From Bacteroidales bacterium (GTDB lineage: Bacteria; Bacteroidota; Bacteroidia; Bacteroidales; WCHB1-69), in the NCBI GenBank assembly GCA_031272025.1, contig JAISUP010000008.1:654-64653 (forward strand): a stretch of 64,000 nt of DNA, in the 5' to 3' direction. Shown piece after piece: positions 31,410 through 41,900 of the stretch (within the stretch, counting starts at the first letter, position 1; every line of letters starts with the position of its first letter). The notes under the pieces are model-generated. The model ran no database searches, was not told the DNA's origin, and saw only the letters and a program-made list of their open reading frames with translations. The translations under genes and the position numbers were made by a program.

Positions 31410-33473
31410 ATGATAAATACCAAATTATTAAGTCCAAAAAGTATTGTCGTGGTAGGTGCATCTAACGATTTGCATAAACCTGGGGGCAAGGTACTCAAAA
31501 ATTTATTGGATAGTCCTTTTAAAGGGACCATTTACACGGTAAATCCAAAAGAAACTGAGATACAGGGGATACAATGCTATGCACGGGTAGAAGATTTGCC
31601 TGAGGTAGATTGTGCTATACTCGCTATCGCGGCAAAATATTGTCCGGCAACAGTAGAAATTCTTGCCCGACAAAAATCTACCGGCGGTTTTATTATTATT
31701 TCAGCCGGGTTTGGCGAAGAGAATGCCGAGGGTGCCCGTCTTGAGCAAGATATCGTGCGCACCATTAACGAAGTTGGAGGTAGCCTGATAGGTCCTAATT
31801 GCACGGGTTTTCTCAACATGAACTATTGCGGGGCATTCGATGCCCCTATACCGCCATTAAATGCTAAGGGGGTGGATTTTATCACGGGGTCGGGTGCTAC
31901 TGCCGTTTTTATCAAAGAGTATGGCATATCTAATGGGCTTACTTTCAATAGTGTATGGGCGGTAGGTAATTCGGCACAAATAGGGATAGAAGATGTTCTC
32001 GAACATTTAGATCGAACATTTGACCCGGACAAGAGTTCGCGTGTCATTATGCTTTACATGGAAAATGTGCGTGCTCCCCGTAAATTACTGCAACACGCGT
32101 CTTCTCTTATCAATAAAGGCTGTAAAATTGCCGCCATTAAGTCGGGCAACTCGTCCGCGGGGAGTCGGGCAGCCTCGTCTCACACGGGTGCTTTGGCTTC
32201 GTCTGATGTTGCAGTCGAGGCACTCTTTCGCGAAGCCGGTATCGTGCGCTGTCATAATCGAGAAGAACTCACCACGGTATGCGCTATTTTCATGTATCCT
32301 GAAGTGAAAGGTAAAAATATAGCGATTATCACTCACGCGGGAGGTCCTGCCGTGATGCTTACTGATGTCCTTTCACGACACGGGTTAGAAGTACCTCATT
32401 TGGAAGGAGCCGTCGCCGAAGAACTGCTCTCCAAACTATACCCCGGTTCCTCGACCGGCAATCCTATCGACTTTCTCGCCACGGGTACCGCCGAACAATT
32501 GGGAACCATTATAGATTACGTAGACAATAGATTTGAACAAATTGATGCCATGTGTGTTATCTTTGGTTCCCCCGGTCTCTTTGCCAATTGGGAGGTATAT
32601 AAAGTATTGGACGAAAAAATGAAGACATGCCGTAAGCCCATTTTCCCTATTTTACCTTCTATCGTGAACGTGAAAGATGAAATCGAAGATTTTATAAAGA
32701 TCAAACATCGCATCAATTTTCCCGAAGAATGTGTGTTTGGCAAAGCCCTTGCCAAGATATTAAACACCCCCAAACCAAGACCTGCTACCCCGTGCATGCC
32801 CACGATAGATCATGCCCGCGTACGAAATATCATAGGAGAAGTGGGTAACGGCTACCTCTCGCTCGACCATATTAGAGAATTATTGGATGCCGCCGGTATA
32901 GCACATAAAGAAGAAACAGAGGTTGTTGATGTTGAGCACGCGGTAGATTTTGCCCGAAAAGTAGGCTATCCCTTGGTCATGAAGGTAGTGGGTCCCTTGC
33001 ATAAATCAGACGTGGGCGGCGTGGTACTTAATGTCAAAGATGAGGCTACGGTGAGAAAAGAATTTGAGCGTTTGATTAAAATTAAAGATACTTACGCGGT
33101 AGAGATGTACAAGATGCTATTTGGTACAGAACTCTTTATAGGAGCTTCGCGTGAGCCTACATTCGGACATCAAGTTTTATTTGGCTTAGGCGGCATTTTT
33201 ATTGAAGTCTTAAAAGACGTGCAGGCAGCGCTAACCCCCGTGAGCAAAGAAGAAGCCCTTTCTTTGATTAAGAAATTACACGGTTATAAAATTATTCAGG
33301 GGGTGCGCGGACAAGAACCCGTGAACGAAGATATTTTTGCAGAAACCATCGCCCGAGTATCAGCGTTGGTACAAGTTGCCCCCGAAATTGCCGAAATGGA
33401 CTTAAACCCACTCTTGGGAACCTCTACCTCTCTTACCGCCGTTGATGCAAGAATAAGAATAGAAAAAAGTTAA
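31410..33473 (+). CDS. ADP-forming acetyl/acyl-CoA synthetase family protein (CoA-binding + succinyl-CoA-ligase-like + ATP-grasp domains)
   Basis: LLSPKSIVVVGASND (CoA-binding), SHTGALAS (phospho-His loop) and a C-terminal ATP-grasp domain. I chose the ATG at 31410 after the promoter box; the track extension from 31254 is low complexity. Confidence 0.8.
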   Translation: MINTKLLSPKSIVVVGASNDLHKPGGKVLKNLLDSPFKGTIYTVNPKETEIQGIQCYARVEDLPEVDCAILAIAAKYCPATVEILARQKSTGGFIIISAGFGEENAEGARLEQDIVRTINEVGGSLIGPNCTGFLNMNYCGAFDAPIPPLNAKGVDFITGSGATAVFIKEYGISNGLTFNSVWAVGNSAQIGIEDVLEHLDRTFDPDKSSRVIMLYMENVRAPRKLLQHASSLINKGCKIAAIKSGNSSAGSRAASSHTGALASSDVAVEALFREAGIVRCHNREELTTVCAIFMYPEVKGKNIAIITHAGGPAVMLTDVLSRHGLEVPHLEGAVAEELLSKLYPGSSTGNPIDFLATGTAEQLGTIIDYVDNRFEQIDAMCVIFGSPGLFANWEVYKVLDEKMKTCRKPIFPILPSIVNVKDEIEDFIKIKHRINFPEECVFGKALAKILNTPKPRPATPCMPTIDHARVRNIIGEVGNGYLSLDHIRELLDAAGIAHKEETEVVDVEHAVDFARKVGYPLVMKVVGPLHKSDVGGVVLNVKDEATVRKEFERLIKIKDTYAVEMYKMLFGTELFIGASREPTFGHQVLFGLGGIFIEVLKDVQAALTPVSKEEALSLIKKLHGYKIIQGVRGQEPVNEDIFAETIARVSALVQVAPEIAEMDLNPLLGTSTSLTAVDARIRIEKS

Positions 33474-33997
33474 TCTATCGGCTTTTCAAGTAAATTGTGT
33501 CTGAAAGGATCTAACTCGTGAACTTGCATGTCCGGCGTGAGAAAAAGACAAGTAGGAGTTTCGTTGCCATATAAATAATAATTCACCGAAACCATGTAGA
33601 GTAAAATATCGCGAGTATCAGGAGTATCCGTATCTTTTTGTTGTTGCGTGTAAAATAGAAAATAATCAAGCACATTGTCTATTTCTAACATGGCAGAATC
33701 AATGATATTCATGGTACTGTCATCTCCTAAAAAAACCGCTTCTTTATACTGAAATTCCATTTCTATTCTCATGTTTTCCAAAGTTTCAATCATCAAACGG
33801 GCATATCCTGCCGAAGACAGCGTGTCGATTTTGGTGATACGGAAAGAATCTACCTGCAAGGGCATCAAATACTTGTCAACAGCATCTTTGATTCGTACCT
33901 CCACGGGCTTTAAGGTTGAATTGCAGGCACCCAACAATAAAAACAAGCCCATCACAACCATAAAAAGAGGTTGAAAAAAGAGTTTAATATTTTTCAT
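33470..33997 (-). CDS. hypothetical lipoprotein
   Basis: Lipobox LLLGAC. It is the last gene of a three-gene co-directional cluster. Its stop overlaps the convergent gene's stop (TTAA). Confidence 0.5.
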   Translation of the reverse strand: MKNIKLFFQPLFMVVMGLFLLLGACNSTLKPVEVRIKDAVDKYLMPLQVDSFRITKIDTLSSAGYARLMIETLENMRIEMEFQYKEAVFLGDDSTMNIIDSAMLEIDNVLDYFLFYTQQQKDTDTPDTRDILLYMVSVNYYLYGNETPTCLFLTPDMQVHELDPFRHNLLEKPID

Positions 33998-34012
33998 TTA
34001 CTATATATTTAT

Positions 34013-35137
34013 TTAATAAACAATCACTTTCGACAGGATGTCAAAATGGTCTTCACGGGCGGGCAACGTTTCTATTTTTCCCCATTGTAAGAAAGGCAAT
34101 GTTCCCATTTCTTGCAACACCCGATTATCGCACTGCAAAGAAAGACTCACGGGTACGGGATACCGAACACGATAACCGGCATTTGCTTTGCCTTTGTATT
34201 TTTGCCCGCGCGCACCTGCAATGCCATCTTCAAACTGCCGCGAACATAACATAGGTGTAAATACAAGATAATAATTTTGTTCCGTGTTCATGCTAACGGT
34301 AGGACTAAATCCCGCCTCAGTGTCCAATGAAAAAAGTAAGTGCCGATTTTGTTTTTCATCGGGGAAAATCGTGAAACATATCTTCTCCTCCTCTTCTAAG
34401 GTAAAGCCTGTAAACAATGCTAAATAATTTCTTTCCAACACGTTCAACTCGTCAATCATGCGTGCGAAAGTTCCTTCCGGATAAGCGGCTTCGTCCTCGC
34501 CCGACAGCAAATGATAACGGTCTTTACGAATATTCAAAATAAAATCGGCGGCTTCCTGTGCCTTTTGTCCCAAGGTTTTTGAAACTACTTTTGTTTGACT
34601 TACAGGAACTTGCGAAACAATCCCGTTGACAATACGAGTATCTAAAAAAGAATCGTCAATTTTTGTATAAGCAAAATCAGCATAGTCGCGAAAAAATTCA
34701 GGCATTACCGCCCGAACTACCGTGTAATCTTGCAAGGGAACACGGGTAAATTCTACCCCCCTATTCTCGTGCACGCGCGACAAAAATCCCGACTTTACTT
34801 GTGCTTTTGATAATTCAACCCCGTACACGCGAGTAGTATCAGGCATAGTAGAAACATTAACATGTACATTTTTAAGATTATATGTTATTTTATTATCCGA
34901 GATAACACGGGTCAATCCCAATAATTTTTCAGCATAATCTCCATAATATCCTTTAAACTCTATAGTTTTAGTAAGCGTAACCTCTACCTGTAACGCGGTA
35001 GTGGGCAACATGTAATAAAAATATTGTCCGGTTACGGGCTTTTCGGTGGGAGTATTGGGTAAAACAAAAACTTTTTCCTGCGCGAACAAACGGGTACCGG
35101 TCATCACGAGCAAACACAATATCAATAACTTTTTCAT
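34013..35137 (-). CDS. hypothetical exported protein (possibly DUF4831-like)
   Basis: Signal peptide MKKLLILCLLVMTGTRLFAQ. 374 aa with no catalytic motif recognised. The family name is from memory only. Confidence 0.45.
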   Translation of the reverse strand: MKKLLILCLLVMTGTRLFAQEKVFVLPNTPTEKPVTGQYFYYMLPTTALQVEVTLTKTIEFKGYYGDYAEKLLGLTRVISDNKITYNLKNVHVNVSTMPDTTRVYGVELSKAQVKSGFLSRVHENRGVEFTRVPLQDYTVVRAVMPEFFRDYADFAYTKIDDSFLDTRIVNGIVSQVPVSQTKVVSKTLGQKAQEAADFILNIRKDRYHLLSGEDEAAYPEGTFARMIDELNVLERNYLALFTGFTLEEEEKICFTIFPDEKQNRHLLFSLDTEAGFSPTVSMNTEQNYYLVFTPMLCSRQFEDGIAGARGQKYKGKANAGYRVRYPVPVSLSLQCDNRVLQEMGTLPFLQWGKIETLPAREDHFDILSKVIVY

Positions 35138-35168
35138 AATTTAATCATTTTATGGATTTTTGCAATGG

Positions 35169-36146
35169 TTATTCTACCTTAACAAACTTCGCTAATGGAG
35201 ACATCCGTGCACGATGCAATACAAGCACGTTGTTCTCTATCAAATAACTGTCTGTAAGATTTAATACTTTGGATAATTCGGTTTCCGTGTTCATGACATC
35301 TTTGTTCAGGCATGCCATTTTGGTTTGCACCAGCCCGGGAAAAGCAATCCTGTTTCCTTCTTTCAAAACATACGTACCACTCACATTATTACAACCCAAA
35401 TTGCCATTCATGGTACCATCTTCGTTCAAGAAAATAAAGATTTCTTTTTTGTTTTCTTGTTCGGGGAAGGCTTTGCCATTGAGTTCTATCAATTTCCAAC
35501 GATGTCCCAACAAAGGATTTTCGTTTTGTTGTTTTCCTTTTCCTACCGGTTGCGCGAGAAGGGCTTCTCCATGAAAACCCAACAATTTTTTAATCTGTTC
35601 TCTGTCAATATTTCCCAAAGACACCGTATGCAATCCTTCGGAGGCACAAAACAAGTGCACGTTTTGAGTTACATTTCCGCAATCGGTAGCCCCGTACAAA
35701 GTCGCCGCGGTCTCGTCCATACCCGGCATCTTGTCCCTATTGGCAACATATACCAACACCAGTGGAGCCGTATGTGCGAAGTCATTTCGTGCCGACATTT
35801 TACGGGCATCTCCTGCCTTCACGAGTTTTAATACATGAGACGGGGCTTCGTAAAGATAAATCGCGTCTGATGTAAATACATAAATATCAATTTCTTGCAT
35901 ATTTCTTGCCGAGGGTGCCGTGCGTCTCCCGTCCTGACGATTTACCCCATTGGCTGCCCACAAAAGATTAGACAACTGCTGCAAAGGCAACTTCTCGGAC
36001 GAGAAATCCCGGTACGATTTGCGCGCCCAAAGCGTTTCCATAAAAGGCTTGCCTCCGGTTTTATCGGGCGGTAATAATTGAATATCCTGCGCGTTCATGC
36101 TGATTATCACGATACTTGCTAAAAAATTTAAACATAACTTTTTCAT
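35169..36146 (-). CDS. exported nitroreductase-family (SagB/ThcOx-like) protein fused to a C-terminal META domain
   Basis: Signal peptide MKKLCLNFLASIVIISMNAQ. The nitroreductase part has RKSYRDFSSEKLPLQQLSNLLWAANGVNR...RTAPSARNMQEIDIYV. The C-terminal ~110 aa, LLGHRWKLIELNG...GCNNVSGTY...TKMAC, is META-like. Confidence 0.7.
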   Translation of the reverse strand: MKKLCLNFLASIVIISMNAQDIQLLPPDKTGGKPFMETLWARKSYRDFSSEKLPLQQLSNLLWAANGVNRQDGRRTAPSARNMQEIDIYVFTSDAIYLYEAPSHVLKLVKAGDARKMSARNDFAHTAPLVLVYVANRDKMPGMDETAATLYGATDCGNVTQNVHLFCASEGLHTVSLGNIDREQIKKLLGFHGEALLAQPVGKGKQQNENPLLGHRWKLIELNGKAFPEQENKKEIFIFLNEDGTMNGNLGCNNVSGTYVLKEGNRIAFPGLVQTKMACLNKDVMNTETELSKVLNLTDSYLIENNVLVLHRARMSPLAKFVKVE

Positions 36147-36203
36147 ATCAAATTTTCTTATTTTATACATAAAAGAATGGTCATATTTCAACGATTCGTG
36201 TCG

Positions 36204-36211
36204 CGAAAATA
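36204..36211 (-). promoter_or_regulatory. -7 promoter box, TTCGCG variant (TAttTTCGCG)
   Basis: 57 nt upstream of the ATG at 36146. It lies 12 nt upstream of the track's TTG start at 36191, which argues for the shorter gene model. Confidence 0.45.
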
Positions 36212-36285
36212 CAATTTTTTATCTTAGAAACTATGAAAATCTTAAAAAAAACGTTTTTTTTTAACTTTAATCAAAAAAAATACCT

Positions 36286-36293
36286 TACATTTG
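36286..36293 (+). promoter_or_regulatory. -7 promoter box TAcaTTTG(CA)
   Basis: 27 nt upstream of the ATG at 36321. Confidence 0.5.
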
Positions 36294-36320
36294 CAACGTT
36301 TTTTTTTAATTTTTTTAATT

Positions 36321-37721
36321 ATGAAAATATCGTTTTTAGGTGCGACATCTGAAGTTACGGGGAGTAAGTTTTTGCTTACAACCGTAGAAGGAAAGAAAAT
36401 CTTGTTGGATTGTGGGATGTATCAAGGGAAAGGCTTAGAGACCGATGCCATGAATCGTGATTTAGGATTCGAGGCACGGGATATTGACTACTTGTTACTT
36501 TCGCATGCCCATATCGACCATTCGGGTCTCATTCCCTATCTTTATAAGAGAGGTTTTCGGGGTACTGTATTTTGTACTCCGGCTACCCGTGATTTATGCT
36601 CTATCATGTTGCTGGATTCGGGAAAAATACAGGAGATAGATACCGCCCAATTTAATAAAAAAAGAGTCATGCAGGGATTACCCACCGTACAACCTATTTA
36701 TACCATGCAAGACGCGGCATTTTGCATGCGCTATTTTGTAAGTATTCCCTACGATCTCTCTTTTGAAATTACCCCCGGTTTTAAGGTGCAATTTATAGAT
36801 ACCGGGCATATCTTAGGCGGAGGTGCCATTTATATGACTATTAAAGAAGATGGAGTAGAAAAAACGCTTTGTTATACCGGAGATATAGGGCGTTACGACA
36901 AGCCTTTGTTGCCCGACCCGAAACCTTTCCCTCAGGCAGATTTTATTATTACCGAATCTACTTATGGCGACCGGTTGCACGATGCATTGCCTCACGCGGA
37001 AGAGGAGTTGGCACTCGCGGTAAAAGATGCGATATTGCAGCGCAAAGGAAAACTCATTATCCCCACTTTTGCCATTGGACGCACGCAAGATCTTGTCTAT
37101 GCCCTTCATCGACTCAAAACCGCGAAGATGCTACCCGACGTGGAAATCTTCGTGGATAGCCCCTTAGCCGTTTCGGCAACAGATATCTTTCGTCTTCACG
37201 CCGACTGTTTTGATGAAGAGATGCAAACATTCATGGACACTCATCCGGATCCTTTCGGGTTCAATAAATTACATTATGTAAGAACCATAGAAGACTCTAA
37301 GCGACTGAATACTTACAATCGTCCTTGCATTATTCTATCGGCTTCGGGTATGATGGAAGCCGGACGCGTAAAACATCATCTCGCTAATAACATAGAAAAC
37401 CCGCGAACTACAATATTGGCAGTAGGCTACTGCTCACCTTCTACCCTTGGTGCCAAAATATTGCGGGGCGACAAAAAGGTCTCCATTTTTGGGAATCTGT
37501 ATCATGTACGGGCTAAAGTTGCCTGCATAGATGCCTTTTCTGGACATGGCGACTACAAGGAAATGATACGCTACCTCTCGTGCCAAGAACCGGACAAAGT
37601 AAAACATATCTTCGTGGTACACGGGGAAGATGCTGCCCGCGAAACTTACACGAAACATCTCGCACAGGCAGGCTTTCAACAAGTGATTGTCCCCTCTTTC
37701 AGAAAAGAATATACAATTTAA
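36321..37721 (+). CDS. MBL-fold metallo-hydrolase with a beta-CASP/RNA-metabolising domain
   Basis: The HAHIDHSG motif, then beta-CASP and a C-terminal His (VHGE) arrangement. Confidence 0.8.
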   Translation: MKISFLGATSEVTGSKFLLTTVEGKKILLDCGMYQGKGLETDAMNRDLGFEARDIDYLLLSHAHIDHSGLIPYLYKRGFRGTVFCTPATRDLCSIMLLDSGKIQEIDTAQFNKKRVMQGLPTVQPIYTMQDAAFCMRYFVSIPYDLSFEITPGFKVQFIDTGHILGGGAIYMTIKEDGVEKTLCYTGDIGRYDKPLLPDPKPFPQADFIITESTYGDRLHDALPHAEEELALAVKDAILQRKGKLIIPTFAIGRTQDLVYALHRLKTAKMLPDVEIFVDSPLAVSATDIFRLHADCFDEEMQTFMDTHPDPFGFNKLHYVRTIEDSKRLNTYNRPCIILSASGMMEAGRVKHHLANNIENPRTTILAVGYCSPSTLGAKILRGDKKVSIFGNLYHVRAKVACIDAFSGHGDYKEMIRYLSCQEPDKVKHIFVVHGEDAARETYTKHLAQAGFQQVIVPSFRKEYTI

Positions 37722-37730
37722 TCACGAAAA

Positions 37731-38753
37731 TTACGATGTCGCTTGCCCGTATTCCATCTTGTAGATTTTTAAAAGAAGTAAAAAACAGGAAATTAAAAGC
37801 GGTCCAAAAATAATGCCCCAAAACCCGAAAAGGGGTATCCCTAAAATAACCCCAAATATCACGATAAGCGGGTGCACGTTTGCCATCATCTTCATTAACG
37901 CTAACTGACAGCCATAGGCAGAATTAGTAACTAATACCACACTATAAATCAGGAGAAATATTCCACTACCGATATGGTTGGTAGACAGGAGATAGATAGA
38001 GAGTGGCAACCACGCGGCTGCCGTCCCCACGATAGGAATCAACCCAAAAATAGCGGTAAGGAAAGCCCAGAAAACAACCCGGTCTAACCCTGCAATCCAA
38101 TAGCCTATCCCCGACACTATCCCCTGAACAATCATGATCAGCGGGATACCAATGGCATTACTTAAAATGATTTTTTTGATTTCCGATTTGAGCATAAGTA
38201 GGTGGTTTCCATCAAAAGGCATGTATAGCAGCAACATGCGCTCCATTGCCCGTCCCCCTATGAGCATGAAATAAAGCACGAGCACCATCATCACCAAATT
38301 AATAACCACGCTATAAGTAGAATTGAGCAATAAAGATACGATAGTGGCAATCAGTCCCTTAGAATCTACGATAAGTTGGGTAGATACGACAGGAAAGCCT
38401 ACCAAATCATTTATTTTTTGAGACAGTTCGAGCAATTCATTAGAGATGTAATGAATGTCTATGGAGGCGATTTCGGGGGCAACAATAACAAAAACGAACC
38501 ATCCTACCCCAACTAATGCCAAAATAGTGAGCAAGAGCAATCCCAAGGCAGTAGCCCATCGAGGCCATTTTTCGCGTTCGGTAAGAAAGAATAAGGGATA
38601 GCGCAATACCGCGTAAAGGGTAATCGCCCCCAACAACGCACTAATAAAGCCGGATAGTTTCCAAAAAATAAGTCCTCCCATACCGGCAAGCAGGAAAACA
38701 AAAAGCCACTGTCGCACAGGCGACACATCGGAACGATAACCCTGTTGATTCAT
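37731..38753 (-). CDS. AI-2E family (PerM-like) transporter
   Basis: An 8-TM-like hydrophobic profile. The C-terminal GIPLFGFWGIIFGPLL is typical of the family. Confidence 0.8.
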   Translation of the reverse strand: MNQQGYRSDVSPVRQWLFVFLLAGMGGLIFWKLSGFISALLGAITLYAVLRYPLFFLTEREKWPRWATALGLLLLTILALVGVGWFVFVIVAPEIASIDIHYISNELLELSQKINDLVGFPVVSTQLIVDSKGLIATIVSLLLNSTYSVVINLVMMVLVLYFMLIGGRAMERMLLLYMPFDGNHLLMLKSEIKKIILSNAIGIPLIMIVQGIVSGIGYWIAGLDRVVFWAFLTAIFGLIPIVGTAAAWLPLSIYLLSTNHIGSGIFLLIYSVVLVTNSAYGCQLALMKMMANVHPLIVIFGVILGIPLFGFWGIIFGPLLISCFLLLLKIYKMEYGQATS

Positions 38754-38792
38754 ATTTGTTTATAGTTCATTAATGTTTCCATAATTATATCG

Positions 38793-38800
38793 CGAAAATA
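38793..38800 (-). promoter_or_regulatory. -7 promoter box, TTCGCG variant (TAttTTCGCG)
   Basis: 39 nt upstream of the ATG at 38753. Confidence 0.45.
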
Positions 38801-38863
38801 CGGAAAATTATACATAGAAAAATAAAATGCAAGAAAAAAATATGCTGTTTTAAAAAAAAATAT

Positions 38864-38871
38864 TATTTTTG
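38864..38871 (+). promoter_or_regulatory. -7 promoter box TAttTTTG(CA) for the giant ORF
   Basis: TATTTTTGCAAG lies 35 nt upstream of the ATG at 38907 and is preceded by long A-runs. Confidence 0.5.
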
Positions 38872-38906
38872 CAAGATTTTTTAGCAAATACAAAAACAGA
38901 TAAGAT

Positions 38907-41900
38907 ATGAAAAAGTTCCTATTTGTTATCGCGTTATGGGCGATAGTTCCGGCGGCGGTTTTCGCGCAGTTGTTGGACTCTACGTGGATTTATTATGAGA
39001 ATTTTAACGGGACAACAAGCAAAATTACTACCAGAGTAAAAGAAACCGATGTAACAGGCACCGAAGGTCGCACATGGGCTATAACCCAGCCTGCATGGGC
39101 TGCCAATAAATGTATGCGTGCTTATCACACGAAAGCCAGTGGAGACTACCAAATCGCTTACACCAAGCCGATTCCTTACAACCGGTCTACCCCGTTCACC
39201 TATTTGCAGTTTGATCATATTTGTAAAGTATATGGACTATCCGACGGTGACAATAATCCTGCTTATATTTTGATTCAATTCTCGTCAGATACCAACGCGG
39301 TCAACGCGTGGTCTTCGGAAACGTACCTGATGGGAAATTCGGTATTGTCGTTTAATGCTACTTCCGAAACCTACTTTGGAAATGCCACCACGATATTACA
39401 AGCCACAGCATATTATCCCAGCCTGATCACGTATGCTTCATTTTCAGATAAATCTTACAGCACGTGGGTCAATGGTAGTCCCACTACGATACCTACGGCA
39501 AGTTGGTGGAAAAACGAAACCATTAGAATAGACAACGAGTTACAGCAAGCAGCAGCCAATATCACGTTTTTCAGGGTAGCATTTATTTACTCCGTTTATT
39601 CGCCTACCACTGGCAACAATAATAATATGGCAGGATGGTTCGTGGACAACATCCGGGTTATCAATTCCAATGCCGACATCAACCCGCCCAAGATTACTTT
39701 GCAAAGCCCGTATAAAGTCAATGATCTTAAGCAAGATAGTGTAAATAATTATTACGAGATAAAGGCGTTGATTTCAGATTGGGGCAATGATACCCTTAAC
39801 CTCAATAGCATTTCTTTTAAATACAAGAATGGAAAAAATGCCTCGTGGATTACCTTGCCGGCATACAATTCTACCACTAATCGGACAACAACAGGGCACA
39901 AGGAACATCAATACACCGGGTTTTGGCGTGTTCCCAAACATTGTATCGGGGACACGATTTATTACACGATTTCAGCCACAGACATGCATGGGAACACGGC
40001 TACATTAGATACTAATTTTCGCTTGGTATCCAATTTCACTAATAATGTAACGAGCAATGATGCGTGGATGCGCAAATTTCACGATTTTCCATTTGCCTTA
40101 ACCACGGGGCAGTCTCATCCTGTTAAGGTGTCATTTGCCAACCGTTCCCAAAATCTCATGACTTCTTTGCAAATAGGGTGGAGTCATAACGGGGTGCAGA
40201 AAACTACATACAATTGGACCGCGCCGCCCGCGACTGCCCTTTGCATGGAAGAGCGGGACACGGTAATCTTGGGCAATATCGTGCCTGTAAATGGGCATAA
40301 CTATATCAAAGCATGGGTAATAAAGCGAAACGGGGCAAATGACAACGGCACGTTGAATAACGACACGATTTATGCCGATGTCTATTCTTGCGACAGCGCG
40401 CTCAACGGTACTTATACCGTAGGAGATGCCACCGCAGATTTCCCCACGATAGCCGCCTTAAAAGACAAACTCGCGAATTGTGGTATCGGTGGCAATGTGG
40501 TCATCAATCTCAAACCGGGGACTTATAGCGACTTCACATTCGACCAAACCTATAACGGGCAGTCGCAAGCCCACAGGATTACTTTCCAAGCCGAAAACGG
40601 CAACCGGAATGCCGTTATTATACAAGATAATAGCACTTCAGGAACGGGGGCTATCGTGCTCAACGGGGTGGGTTTTTATACTTTCCACAATCTCACCATT
40701 AAGGGAAAAACAACAGGAACCAGTTCCAGAGGGGTAACCTTTTTAAACAAAGCAACCACATCTTCCGACATCGTGATGAATCAATATATTACCATCTCTA
40801 ATTGCAAAATAGAAGTCAATACTCCGGCAACTCCCGGGACCGCGGATACTTATACTGGCATTTATCGTCTATTGAGCACGGCAAATAAAATAGATCGGCA
40901 TATCACGATCAAAGATAATATCATTACCGGCGGCAACTATGGCATTAACTATAAAGGAACAGGAACCGCCACTTGTCGCAATCAATTAGATGAAGTAACC
41001 GGAAACGAGATTAGCGCGGCAACACTTGGTATCGTGCTTTTTTACGACACAGTGAGCACGGTGTCGCACAACACGATAACACAAATCGGCACCACGGCAG
41101 GTTTTAGAGGTATTGACTTGGAAAATATTTACTTATGTCAGCAAGTTTCGGGAAACACGGTAAAAAACACGTCCACCGCGATTAAGGGCATTTATTTAGC
41201 GACAGTAGCCGGCACATCTTCTCTCCCGCTTAAAGTGGCTAATAATGAAGTAAATATATGTGTATCAGGGAGTTCTCCTACAGGGATAGAATTAGCCAAT
41301 GCCAGTAATAACGTGCAATTGTTGCACAATTCGGTACGGTTGTATGCCACGGCGAACCTAACTTCGCGCAGTGCCGGAGTAAAAACTACCGGAACAGGAA
41401 ACAACCAAATTGTCAATCTGGTTTTAAAAAATAATATCTTAGTTAACGAAGTCAATGGTTCCACCGAAACGTATCATGGTTGTCCGATTGAACTCGCGAA
41501 TCTTACCACTACATCATCTTTAACAGCAGATTATAATTTATTTTACTCTCCCAACGGGGTTGTAGGTTATTATAAGGCAAACCGGTCTTCGTTAGAGCAA
41601 TGGTGTTGGTATGTCAACGCGGACATGCAAGGCGGTAGCGTGGAAGATCATGGCATGGTACGCGACCCCGGTTTTGCTCATACCGACAGTTGCTTAGAAC
41701 TTTCGATATACGATGGATTAGAGGTTCCTATGATACCCGGTATAACCGAGGATATTAGAGGTATACAGAGAAAAACGCTCACCTATTTTGGAGCCTATAC
41801 CATTGTTTTGCCGGATGTGAATATCGCCTTGATAGAATTAGTGTCGCCACTTCCTGCTTCATGCCCGCAAAATACTGCCAATATCACGTTGAAAATAAGA

